DNA of 64,000 nt from Obrimoposthia wandeli. Its lineage: Eukaryota. Below are positions 26,188 to 35,265 of this stretch, in pieces. The DNA lies in the NCBI GenBank assembly GCA_977020255.1, contig CDROCS010002105.1, forward strand, positions 248,001 to 312,000. Direction: 5' to 3'. Each line of letters starts with the position of its first letter. Within the stretch, counting starts at the first letter, position 1. The position numbers and the translations under genes were made by a program. Under the pieces are notes generated by a model, which was not told the DNA's origin, did not search any database, and was given only the letters and a program-made list of their open reading frames with translations.

Positions 26188-27671
26188 GATACATACTGTT
26201 TACCGTTCTGATATTGTTATTAACTGTTTCCACTCATACTTTTGCTGACAGTGTTTCGGTGAAACTAAAAGACACGATTAAACAAGGTAACGGAACGATT
26301 GATGTGTTTCGATCGCAAACAAAAAATAAGAATCCTACGGCGATAGAATTAGAAGCTTTTCGTATCAATAATGGTGGAAAGCTGGTGTTTGCTGTTGATG
26401 TTAATGAAGCAGCTAATGGAACAGAAAAAGCGTCGAGCCAAGGAGTGGCGGTAGAAAGTGCCTCTATTACAGTAGTCAGTGGAGGGGTAGCCACTACATT
26501 CTCTGATTTTTCAACGCCGACACGGTCAATGTTAGCTAAAACGGGAACCACCGAAAGAACGGGTTATTACACGCTTATAGGTGAAACTGGTTCTTCGAGA
26601 GTGACACCGAATGCTAACAGTGATGTTAGTGGTTCTTCATTTGATGGAGTATTAATTATAACCGTCGATCAAGATTTAAGTTCGGCTACGGCTGTTACGT
26701 TAAATGTCACATTATTAGATACCAACATTTCATTGGGGGATCCAGAAGCATTCTATGACTTTACTGGGGGTTTTGAAGATGTGGCATTGATCAGCGATGA
26801 AGATAATGCTTATTTAACAGGACTCGGAGCAGGCCAAGCAGAAGCACCATTGGTGATAACGCAAGGGCAAGTATCGAACCCCGTTGATGCATGGGTGTAC
26901 TATCCCTCATCAACAGAATACTTTGTGGCAGCGTATGAAGATCTGTACCCAACAAAAGGGGATTATGATTTCAACGATTTGGTTATAGGGTATCGTGTCG
27001 GTTTTGGTATGAATAATAATCAAGTTACTTCTATGCTGGTGTATGGGTATATTATTGCGCGAGGTTCTAGCTATAACCATGATTGGTACCTTCATGTTGC
27101 GTACCCTGACGGTACGAGTGGCAGTGGTACACTCAATTTGTTTAAGCCGGGATCTACCGAACAAGAAACAGGTTACCCATTAGCCATTACGCAACTGAAT
27201 GATTTTGATCAGAAGATCTTAATTAGTTCGAAAGCCCTAATGACACAAGTAGGATCTGAAATGGTGAACACCATGACAGATACCCCCTTAGTACAAGGGC
27301 ACAAGTTTAGTATCTCAATGGATTATGATGATTTGATTGATTTGGCTCAGCTTGACACTGCACCGTATGACCCTTATTTATATGTTCAAAACTCAGGGTA
27401 TGAAATACATCTGCCAAACAAACCGTCACGTTTGGGTATATCCGTCAATAATAGTGAAACAGGCGCGGGATTTAAAGATAGTAGCGGATATCCGTTTGTT
27501 ATTGTTATTCCTGATGATTGGGAACCACCGTTAGAGAATACCGATTTAGGTGAAGCCTATATCGATTTTCTTAATCATGTTGCCAGTGCAGAAAATACGT
27601 ATTCATCATGGTACTTGTCACCACAAGGTAGCAAAGTGAAAGGGATTGGGCAGGGGCATTGGAAGTGGTAA
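26184..27671 (+). CDS. LruC/DUF4842-domain exported protein
   Basis: Signal peptide; AYEDLYPTKGDYDFNDLV and C-terminal YPFVIVIPDDWEPPLE..LGEAYIDFLNHV..WY typical of LruC-domain proteins. Confidence 0.85.
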   Translation: MRYILFTVLILLLTVSTHTFADSVSVKLKDTIKQGNGTIDVFRSQTKNKNPTAIELEAFRINNGGKLVFAVDVNEAANGTEKASSQGVAVESASITVVSGGVATTFSDFSTPTRSMLAKTGTTERTGYYTLIGETGSSRVTPNANSDVSGSSFDGVLIITVDQDLSSATAVTLNVTLLDTNISLGDPEAFYDFTGGFEDVALISDEDNAYLTGLGAGQAEAPLVITQGQVSNPVDAWVYYPSSTEYFVAAYEDLYPTKGDYDFNDLVIGYRVGFGMNNNQVTSMLVYGYIIARGSSYNHDWYLHVAYPDGTSGSGTLNLFKPGSTEQETGYPLAITQLNDFDQKILISSKALMTQVGSEMVNTMTDTPLVQGHKFSISMDYDDLIDLAQLDTAPYDPYLYVQNSGYEIHLPNKPSRLGISVNNSETGAGFKDSSGYPFVIVIPDDWEPPLENTDLGEAYIDFLNHVASAENTYSSWYLSPQGSKVKGIGQGHWKW

Positions 27672-27707
27672 CTGATTAGATATCTATTTTGGGGATAATA
27701 ACGACTG

Positions 27708-27743
27708 AGTAAAGCTTACCATTATTTAGTGTTAAGCTTTACT
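27708..27743. terminator. Inverted repeat between convergent LruC and pilin genes
   Basis: AGTAAAGCTTA...TAAGCTTTACT. Confidence 0.55.
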
Positions 27744-27763
27744 TGCGTTAAGAGTTAACCTCG

Positions 27764-28399
27764 CTAACACCCATCTGTTATAGTTGAAACTTCACGAAAG
27801 GTTATTTCCTCACCGTTTTCACTGAAAATGTAATACGCTAAGCAATTGTCTTTCACCGTTCTACCGCGGGGAAAAAAGAACATGCCCCAGCCCGTTTTTC
27901 CTGTTAGCACACGAGAGGCAGGAGTTTGGTCGACCACACAGAATGTTCCTTTATTACAAGGCGTGGTGAGTGAATCTGGTTGGTAATAGCCATTACCTTG
28001 ATAATGAATATCGCTGTTCATTAGTGAGGCGAGGTTTTTGTCCCATATTTCCTGTGGCGTTCCAAAGTAGGTATTAATGAGGGTTCCGCCAGCATCTACT
28101 TTTACATTTCTTTGGTGCTCGACACCTTGCACTATAGCGAAGTAATTAACTTGTTCGACAACAGTATTAAAGCCAGCTGCAATCCCTTTCATTACTGCGG
28201 CTGATGCATCATGTTTTACACCTAAAAAACGCGGCAAGGCTGTTACAGCTAATATGCCGACTAAAATAATAGCAATCACAAGTTCGATCAGAGTAAAACC
28301 TGATTGAGCCGTTGGTAAATTTGTGTGTACGCTATTCAAAGTAATAATCCCTTTATTAGTAAATAAGCCATTTTTTCTTTTATGTATATCATTTATCAA
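27764..28399 (-). CDS. Type IV pilin-like protein (MshA-like N-terminus); true start may be downstream
   Basis: QSG/FTLIELVIAIILVGILAVTALPRF class III signal; C-terminal cysteines. Confidence 0.85.
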   Translation of the reverse strand: MINDIHKRKNGLFTNKGIITLNSVHTNLPTAQSGFTLIELVIAIILVGILAVTALPRFLGVKHDASAAVMKGIAAGFNTVVEQVNYFAIVQGVEHQRNVKVDAGGTLINTYFGTPQEIWDKNLASLMNSDIHYQGNGYYQPDSLTTPCNKGTFCVVDQTPASRVLTGKTGWGMFFFPRGRTVKDNCLAYYIFSENGEEITFREVSTITDGC

Positions 28400-28627
28400 T
28401 ACATTGTCGCAAAAGTGCTACTCAAAAGAGTGACTTTAGTGACAATTGTTGTTGAATAAGAAAAACAGCAAGCGTTTTTTAGCTTATAGCCACTCGTATA
28501 GGTTGAAGTGCGTGTCATTACAATAAGCTGGTGGTATAAGTATTTAGCGCACAAAGAAAATTTTTTAGTAAATATTAATATTCGCTTGTGTGAATTACAT
28601 GAGTAAACAGTTGAGGAAGGAAGTGCT

Positions 28628-29281
28628 ATGCACGATATTGTTACTGTTGCGGTTACCGTATTTATGGGATTCTTTGCAATGATGAATCCGATTGCCAATA
28701 CGGCTGTTTTTGTGGGTATGACCGGAGATTTTACGCCACAGCAACGTCGCCAAACGGCATTTAAAGCGCTAGTGGCTGCGTTTTGTATCATTGCCGCATT
28801 TTGTCTTTTAGGGAAGGGGATCTTTGAGATTTTCGGGATTACATTACCAGCCTTACGATTGGCTGGTGGTATTCTGGTTTTCTTAGTGGGCTACCACATG
28901 TTGCAAGGCAGCAGTTCTAAATTACATACCAATGAACAAGCAAACCCTGAAAAGGGTGAGAAAATACAGCCTGCAGACATTGCAATTTCGCCGCTCGCTT
29001 TACCTATATTGGCGGGTCCCGGCACCATTGCTACAGCGATGAATTATTCAGCATCAGGCAGTATGTTGAATATTATGGTGACCATCGCTGCATTTGCAAT
29101 TTTGTGCTGCATTACGTTTGTATGCTTTATATACGGACCTAAATTGGTCGATATGATTGGTGAGAACGGCATCAACATTACAACACGTTTGATGGGTTTG
29201 ATCTTAACTGTTATAGGTATGCAAATGCTGATTCAAGGCGTGCATGATGCCTATTTGTTATTTGATATCACGCCTAAATAG
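28628..29281 (+). CDS. MarC-family membrane protein
   Basis: FFAMMNPIAN, PLALPILAGPGTIAT, TRLMGLILTVIGMQML motifs. Confidence 0.93.
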   Translation: MHDIVTVAVTVFMGFFAMMNPIANTAVFVGMTGDFTPQQRRQTAFKALVAAFCIIAAFCLLGKGIFEIFGITLPALRLAGGILVFLVGYHMLQGSSSKLHTNEQANPEKGEKIQPADIAISPLALPILAGPGTIATAMNYSASGSMLNIMVTIAAFAILCCITFVCFIYGPKLVDMIGENGINITTRLMGLILTVIGMQMLIQGVHDAYLLFDITPK

Positions 29282-29319
29282 CACGGTTTACTATTTACTA
29301 GCCTTCATCATAAACCAAT

Positions 29320-29342
29320 AAAAACTGCCACAGATGTGGCAG
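29320..29342. terminator. Terminator between convergent marC-like and VOC genes
   Basis: AAAAACTGCCAC-AGAT-GTGGCAG. Confidence 0.65.
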
Positions 29343-29350
29343 TGTCTGTT

Positions 29351-29734
29351 TTAAGCCTCGTATAACTCTAAAGGTAAGCCATCGGGATCGCTGAAAAATG
29401 TGTACCGTTTCCCTGTGTATTCATCGATACGAATGGGTTCAACTTCGACGCCGGAATGTTGTAAGTGCAATGTGAAGTTGTCTATCGATTCGACAGTAAA
29501 GGCTAAATGTCGTAATCCTCTCGCTTCAGGATAGCTAGGTCGAGCAGGGTTGTTTGAAAAAGAAAACAACTCTATCTGATTGCCATTGGGTAACGCTAAG
29601 TCCAGTTTGTAAGAATTGCGTTCGGCGCGGTAATTTTCGGCAATAACTGTTAAGCCAAGAATGGTGGTATAAAATCGCTTAGATTTTTCATAATCTGAGC
29701 AAATAATTGCAGCATGATGAATACCTTGAAGCAT
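29351..29734 (-). CDS. VOC/glyoxalase family protein (YaeR-like)
   Basis: IHHAAIICSDYEKSKRFY, GLRHLAF, FFSDPDGLPLELYE. Confidence 0.93.
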   Translation of the reverse strand: MLQGIHHAAIICSDYEKSKRFYTTILGLTVIAENYRAERNSYKLDLALPNGNQIELFSFSNNPARPSYPEARGLRHLAFTVESIDNFTLHLQHSGVEVEPIRIDEYTGKRYTFFSDPDGLPLELYEA

Positions 29735-29819
29735 TGTTGACCTTTCTAAGCCTGAATGGATTAAGGAACAAGCCTACCTTATTTTGATATTATTGTTTAT
29801 CAGCAGCAATCAAAAATAG

Positions 29820-29850
29820 AAAAATCAGTAGCGTGAGACTACTGATTTTT
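29820..29850. terminator. Terminator downstream of OYE reductase
   Basis: AAAAATCAGTAG-CGTGAGA-CTACTGATTTTT. Confidence 0.8.
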
Positions 29851-29906
29851 GCTTAGTTCGGTTTAGTTTTAGTTTTACTTGGTTTTGTTTGTTTAATTTC
29901 TGGTGA

Positions 29907-31016
29907 TTACACGCATGCAGGATAGTCGCTATAACCGCTTTTATCACCACCGAAAAGTTTAGTGTTATCAGCTTCAGCTAAAGCAACGTCATTGGCTAAT
30001 CGATGTGCTAAATCTGGGTTTGCAAGAAATGCACGCCCAAAGGCAACCAAGTCGGCATACCCTGCATCTAGAATGTATTCTGCACGTTTAAGATCATACC
30101 GACCCGCGACAATAATGGTTCCGCTAAAGCGTTCACGCAACGCCACTCGAAAATTGTCTGGAATGGTAGGTGCATCATCCCAATCAGCTTCAGATAAATG
30201 CATGTACGCAATACCGCATTGATTAAGGCGTTCAGCTGCATCTAGAATTGTTGGAACAATATCAGGGCAGTCCATATCTTTAAATGTCACAAAGGGTGCA
30301 AGACGAACGCCCACACGCTCAGCACCAATACGTGCAGACACAGCTTCTACTACTTCCATCAAAAAGCGCAGTCTATTTTCACGGCTGCCACCGTATTCAT
30401 CAGTACGCTTGTTAGAATTAGTACGTAGGAATTGGTCGATTAGATACCCGTTTCCGCCGTGAATTTCTATGCCATCAAAACCTGCTTCTATCGCATTTTC
30501 AGCGGCTTGTGCAAAATCAGCAATAACATGCTTAATGTCATCGGTATGCATCTCGCGAGGCATCGGGCACGGAAACATTGTGCCATCTTGACCGTCTTTA
30601 ACAATCCATACTTGCGTATCGATAGGCTGTACGGCCGATGGGGCCATTGGTGCTTCGCCGTTCTGAAAATGTGTATGCGACACTCGACCTACATGCCACA
30701 GTTGGTTAAATATTTTACCGCCCGCCTGATGCACAGCATCGGTTACTGTTCGCCAGCCTTGAATGTGCTCTGAAGTATATACGCCGGGAGTGAATGAATA
30801 CCCTTGGCTATCATCTGAAATTTGCGTAGCTTCTGTAATGATTAAGCCAGCAGATGCACGCTGAGCATAATATTCAGCCATCATTTCATTGGGTATATTG
30901 CCAGGTTGGCTGGTTCTAGCGCGTGTCATTGGTGCCATTACCATTCGGTTTGAAAGCGTGATTGGCTGCTGAGAGTTATTTGACATCGATGTTGGTGTGA
31001 ATAGCGGGTGAGTCAT
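29907..31016 (-). CDS. Old yellow enzyme family alkene reductase (NemA-like)
   Basis: NRMVMAPMTRAR, QLWHVGRVSH, GFDGIEIHGGNGYLIDQFL, DLVAFGRAFLANPDL. Confidence 0.95.
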   Translation of the reverse strand: MTHPLFTPTSMSNNSQQPITLSNRMVMAPMTRARTSQPGNIPNEMMAEYYAQRASAGLIITEATQISDDSQGYSFTPGVYTSEHIQGWRTVTDAVHQAGGKIFNQLWHVGRVSHTHFQNGEAPMAPSAVQPIDTQVWIVKDGQDGTMFPCPMPREMHTDDIKHVIADFAQAAENAIEAGFDGIEIHGGNGYLIDQFLRTNSNKRTDEYGGSRENRLRFLMEVVEAVSARIGAERVGVRLAPFVTFKDMDCPDIVPTILDAAERLNQCGIAYMHLSEADWDDAPTIPDNFRVALRERFSGTIIVAGRYDLKRAEYILDAGYADLVAFGRAFLANPDLAHRLANDVALAEADNTKLFGGDKSGYSDYPACV

Positions 31017-31179
31017 AATAATAATCCGTCGTGTAATGTTTGATGGAATAATTGTGACAGAAAATACGAAGCTGAAAAGCCAGTGCTTACCGTAAACATC
31101 TTCAAAATAAATTTGAAAGTGAGCCTACTTGTTTTGTTTATTGTATTATGTGGATAGAGTGAACAATTGAAGATAAAGG

Positions 31180-32073
31180 TTGGTTGTTGTGGCGGGTATT
31201 GCAGATTACAGAACATTTCTTGAAATCGTGCACAGTGGGAGCATTTCTGCTGCGGGACGTCGTTTAAATGCTTCACCTGCGAATGTGAGTGCAGTATTGG
31301 CTCGCTTAGAAAAGCAATATGATGCACGTTTGCTTTCTAGAACAACGCGTAACCAACAGTTAACGTATGAAGGTGAGCATTTCTACCAATTTTGTTTATT
31401 AGCTGCAGATCAAGAAGATGAATTATTAAACCATCTGTCAAAGCAACAGCAGTTACAGGGAAGTATTGCAATATCTTGTACGTGCGATTTTGGCCGCAAT
31501 ATTTTGGTGCCTTTACTGGATGAGTTTATGGCGTTGTATCCGCAATTGTCTATTCATTTACACCTCACCGATAAGCTCAGTGATTTGGTGAAAGATAGTA
31601 TTGATGTAGCCATTCGATTTGGGGCGTTAAAGGATTCCAATTTGGTCGCACGCCATTTGGCTAATAATCATCGCATGCTGGTGGCATCACCGGAATATTT
31701 GGCTCAACATGGGTATCCGAAGAGTGTTGATGAGTTGGCTGATCATGCGTGCTTGTTGATCAGCCGTGAAGGAGAAACACAGGCCGAATGGCAGTTTAAT
31801 AAAGCCAATCAGATCTACAGCGTTGCTGTAAACGCTGCCTTCTCCAGTAATAATGGGGAGGTGGTAAAACATTGGGCGCTGGCATCAAAAGGCATCGCGA
31901 TGAAGTCTATTTGGGATGTAAAGGCAGCCTTAGCCGACGGAACGTTAGTGAGTGTGTTAGACGAGTTTAAACAAGATGATGGTGCGGTATATGCGGTTTT
32001 CCCGAATCGTAAATTCTCACCACAGCGAATTACAGCCTTAATCGACTTTCTCAAGCAAGCGTTACAGCAGTAA
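31180..32073 (+). CDS. LysR-family regulator divergent from the alkene reductase (start probably GTG ~31189)
   Basis: N-terminal HTH (GSISAAGRRL...LLSRTTR) and LysR substrate-binding domain. Confidence 0.93.
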   Translation: MVVVAGIADYRTFLEIVHSGSISAAGRRLNASPANVSAVLARLEKQYDARLLSRTTRNQQLTYEGEHFYQFCLLAADQEDELLNHLSKQQQLQGSIAISCTCDFGRNILVPLLDEFMALYPQLSIHLHLTDKLSDLVKDSIDVAIRFGALKDSNLVARHLANNHRMLVASPEYLAQHGYPKSVDELADHACLLISREGETQAEWQFNKANQIYSVAVNAAFSSNNGEVVKHWALASKGIAMKSIWDVKAALADGTLVSVLDEFKQDDGAVYAVFPNRKFSPQRITALIDFLKQALQQ

Positions 32074-32145
32074 TGTGATTTTTTTGGCTATTTAGAGCGT
32101 TTAATCGGAATGTATTCTTGACCCATTTCTATCTCGCCAGCGATA

Positions 32146-32709
32146 ATGCGTACAATAGATCAAATTGATAGAAATTATGGAGTCTCGATGGCAAAGCTAA
32201 GCTTACAAGAGCAAATGCTGAAAGCAGGTCTTGTTGACAAAAAGAAATTAAAAAAAGCAGCAAAAACGTCTAAAAAATCTCGAGTTCAATCAAGAGAAGC
32301 AAAGGCTGCCGTTGAAGAAAAGCGTACAGCACAACTAGAACAAGACAAAGAGCTGAATCGCCAAAGAGACGAAGATGCCTTGAAGAAAGCGTTTGTTGCT
32401 CAGATTAAACAGCTTATCGAAATGAATCGCATCGATCGCACTAAAGGTGATATTAGCTATAACTTTACCGACGGTGCATTAGTTCGAAATATTTATGTTG
32501 ATAAAACAACGCAAAATGAGCTAGTAAAAGGTCGCTTGGCGATTGTTCGTTTTGGTGATGGCTTCGACGTTATTCCAGGTGTTGTCGCCGATAAAATCAG
32601 CTTGCGTGATGAAGACATTGTTGTTCTAAACAATATTGTTGACGAAAAAGACGTAGATGAAGATGACCCATATGCAGATTTCGTGATCCCTGATGATTTG
32701 ATGTGGTAA
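32146..32709 (+). CDS. DUF2058/YaiL-like protein (start likely ATG 32188, MAKLSLQEQ)
   Basis: LQEQMLKAGLVD...DDPYADFVIPDDLMW. Confidence 0.88.
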   Translation: MRTIDQIDRNYGVSMAKLSLQEQMLKAGLVDKKKLKKAAKTSKKSRVQSREAKAAVEEKRTAQLEQDKELNRQRDEDALKKAFVAQIKQLIEMNRIDRTKGDISYNFTDGALVRNIYVDKTTQNELVKGRLAIVRFGDGFDVIPGVVADKISLRDEDIVVLNNIVDEKDVDEDDPYADFVIPDDLMW

Positions 32710-32742
32710 TCATCTTGTTGTGATCCACTATTGAATAAAAAG

Positions 32743-32778
32743 AAAGCCTGATGAGCACGTTGCTGATCAGGCTTTTTT
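32743..32778. terminator. Bidirectional terminator at end of curlin operon
   Basis: AAAGCCTGAT...ATCAGGCTTTTTT. Confidence 0.8.
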
Positions 32779-32805
32779 ATTATCGTTCTACTTTGGTGCG
32801 TGCAA

Positions 32806-33135
32806 TTAGGCGATAGGAACAACATGGCAACTCTCGTCAATACGGATTTTTCCTGTTTTCACATCGGTATGATATTTTGCGGTAATAGGAAACTGAGCAG
32901 CACCAAATGTAAATGATGTTGTACTTTTTCCTGAAATCGACGTGTTTAATTGGTTATTACCGCTTGAAATAACCTCTAATTGAATGTGTTCAGCACTTTC
33001 ACTGCGTATAGATATACGTGTATCAGTACTTTGTTGAGTACATTCAAGTTGAAAGGGAAGATCGTCAGCTGCTGCCGCTATTGCACTAAATGAAAAAGCG
33101 GCGATAAACGCCGCTTTTATTATAAAGGTATGCAT
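32806..33135 (-). CDS. Small exported curli accessory protein (CsgH/CsgC-like candidate)
   Basis: Signal peptide, ~88-aa beta-rich mature part with two Cys near the termini; starts 1 nt after the csgA stop. Confidence 0.55.
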   Translation of the reverse strand: MHTFIIKAAFIAAFSFSAIAAAADDLPFQLECTQQSTDTRISIRSESAEHIQLEVISSGNNQLNTSISGKSTTSFTFGAAQFPITAKYHTDVKTGKIRIDESCHVVPIA

Positions 33136-33136
33136 A

Positions 33137-34075
33137 CTATTGTTGAATCACATGAACTTGGTTATTGGCACTGGTTAGCATTGTGACATTCGAGCTATCA
33201 TTTGTTGACTGTGTTACATTTACAAGGTTATAAAATGAGTTGTCAGAAATTGATACTTTTGACTTGGAGTCATTGCCGTACTGGGTTACATAAATATCAT
33301 TATCCCAGCTATCATCAACCTTTAAGATAGACTTATTTCCATTACCATATGCCTTAGATACAAATTTGTTGTCATGTGAATCATTAAATGTTGCTTTGAC
33401 TGTATTGTCGTCACCGTAGACTTTAACTTTTACACGGTTATCATCTGAGTCTGGACCGTTGAATCTAACTTTTGTTATATTCTCGTCGCCATAAACATTA
33501 ATACGTGTGCGGTTATCATCACCACGGCTAGCATATACTAGTGCTGTGTTATCTTTACCATCTTGAAGAACATAACTCTTATTGTCGTCAGCATGCCCAT
33601 AACCCGTGGCTGATGTATAGACGATTTTTGCATCATTTTTCTTACCATACTGATGGATACGGGCAAGGTTATCATCAGAACTTTGGTTGATTTTAACTGT
33701 TGCAGTATTTTTCTTGCCACGTTGTTTAATCTTGGCTTTATTACTGTCAGCATTGCCTTTAATGGCAACTTTAGCTTCGTTCTTGTACCCATGCTGATTG
33801 ACTTTAACAATATTGTAACTAGATAAATATTTAATATCGACATCAACATCGTTTTTACTGCCTTGTTGATAAGTATCGACATCATTACCATGACCTAATT
33901 TTATATTTACATCTGCATTATTTTTAGAATCATCACCATAAGACATTTGTGTTATATCAACGGTATTGCCTGATGAATATTCAATGTTTACATTCGAATT
34001 GTTATCATCACCTGCTGCTGCTGATACGCCACCTGAAACTAATAGAGCTGAAATTGCTAATGCTAACTTTTTCAT
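33137..34075 (-). CDS. csgA: Major curlin subunit, ~12 repeats
   Basis: Signal peptide then ~24 N-x-h-x-h-x-(Q/h) strands with xGxx turns (e.g. NKAKIKQRGKKN, NLARIHQYGKKN); follows csgB. Confidence 0.8.
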   Translation of the reverse strand: MKKLALAISALLVSGGVSAAAGDDNNSNVNIEYSSGNTVDITQMSYGDDSKNNADVNIKLGHGNDVDTYQQGSKNDVDVDIKYLSSYNIVKVNQHGYKNEAKVAIKGNADSNKAKIKQRGKKNTATVKINQSSDDNLARIHQYGKKNDAKIVYTSATGYGHADDNKSYVLQDGKDNTALVYASRGDDNRTRINVYGDENITKVRFNGPDSDDNRVKVKVYGDDNTVKATFNDSHDNKFVSKAYGNGNKSILKVDDSWDNDIYVTQYGNDSKSKVSISDNSFYNLVNVTQSTNDSSNVTMLTSANNQVHVIQQ

Positions 34076-34095
34076 GATACTTTCCTTAGAATGAT

Positions 34096-34662
34096 TTAGT
34101 TTACAGATATATGTTTGTTCATACCATTAACGATAATAATGTGATCATTACCATTTTGATTAACAGAATAATCAGAGTGGCGAACATTACTTTTCTCTAC
34201 CACATAAGCGGTGTTGTTATTGTCTTGCTGATTAATTAATTTTTCATTGCCATAACCTTTTTGAACAAGGTAGGCCTTATTGTTATCACCATTTTGAATG
34301 ATGATGCCATCATTATAAAATCCCGCCTGTAAAATAGCGGCTTCATTGTTATATCCATTTTGATTTATATAGGCACGGTTTCCATTGCCTACTTGACCAA
34401 TTGTTGCGTTGTTATCTCTTCCTTGCTGTTTTATTTTTGCTGCATTTCCTTTATGGCGACCAAAGCTTTTTTGAACAATGGTTGCGTTACTGTTTATTGC
34501 TTCATTAAGATTAACGACGGCAACGTTATCGAAGCCAGATTGTAATTCAGATAAACTTCGCAATTCATTTTTTGCCAAATCTTCCGAAATAGCATGAGTG
34601 CTGAAACTTACTAATAACAAACCTGATAAAGATAATGTATTTACTATGCTTAACGACTTCAT
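34096..34662 (-). CDS. csgB: Minor curlin/nucleator
   Basis: Start ATG 34662; DLAKNEL segment like E. coli CsgB N-terminus; canonical NxAxIxQxGxxN repeats; atypical last repeat. Confidence 0.88.
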   Translation of the reverse strand: MKSLSIVNTLSLSGLLLVSFSTHAISEDLAKNELRSLSELQSGFDNVAVVNLNEAINSNATIVQKSFGRHKGNAAKIKQQGRDNNATIGQVGNGNRAYINQNGYNNEAAILQAGFYNDGIIIQNGDNNKAYLVQKGYGNEKLINQQDNNNTAYVVEKSNVRHSDYSVNQNGNDHIIIVNGMNKHISVN

Positions 34663-35182
34663 GTTTAACAGGCCACCAATCAATTTGTAATTTAATTATC
34701 GGACTTATCACCATTAATTAAATGAACCTTTCTATGATTTGAGAAAAGTTATTGTTATTTATTGGTTGAGAGAAAAGGTCTTAGTAATGGTAATAAGGTT
34801 GAAAAATAAGAGAGCCATCTAATGGAAAAGTTTAGATGTGAGTATAAGTAATTCTCATTTTAAGGTTAAAAGAATTTCTGTTAATACAGCATAATTTGTG
34901 CCATTGAAAATAAATTGTTTAAAATCAATTATTTGAAGTATGCGAGTGTTTAAGGTTGTATAGAATTCAACGTATTATTATGGTTTATTGCAAATTGATA
35001 ATATAAAAGCGAATGAAAAGCACCTACAAATGTATTTAAATTAATTCGTATTCATAAGCAAGAGATATAAGGTATGAATGAGAGAGGGCTAGAGTTGATA
35101 AATTTGGCTGCTGATAGAGTAGTGAAAATAAAAATCGTTAGAAGGGAAAGGCTACGGTAAATAATGGACAAAAACTGAAAGT

Positions 35183-35211
35183 AAAAACGCCCTTAAAATG
35201 ATTAAAGGCGT
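35183..35211 (-). terminator. Terminator after csgG separating csgDEFG from csgBA
   Basis: Minus strand ACGCCTTTAA-TCATT-TTAAGGGCGT-TTTT. Confidence 0.65.
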
Positions 35212-35265
35212 CAGATACTGAACTTGAAATGAAACCCAAGCATTATTTAATCATACTACAGGGAA

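Noticed and set aside
28396-28791. 131-aa minus-strand ORF
   Set aside because: Overlaps marC-like gene antisense and intergenic DNA; no protein-like features.
32493-32840. 115-aa minus-strand ORF after the csgH-like gene
   Set aside because: Antisense to the DUF2058 gene and crosses a terminator.
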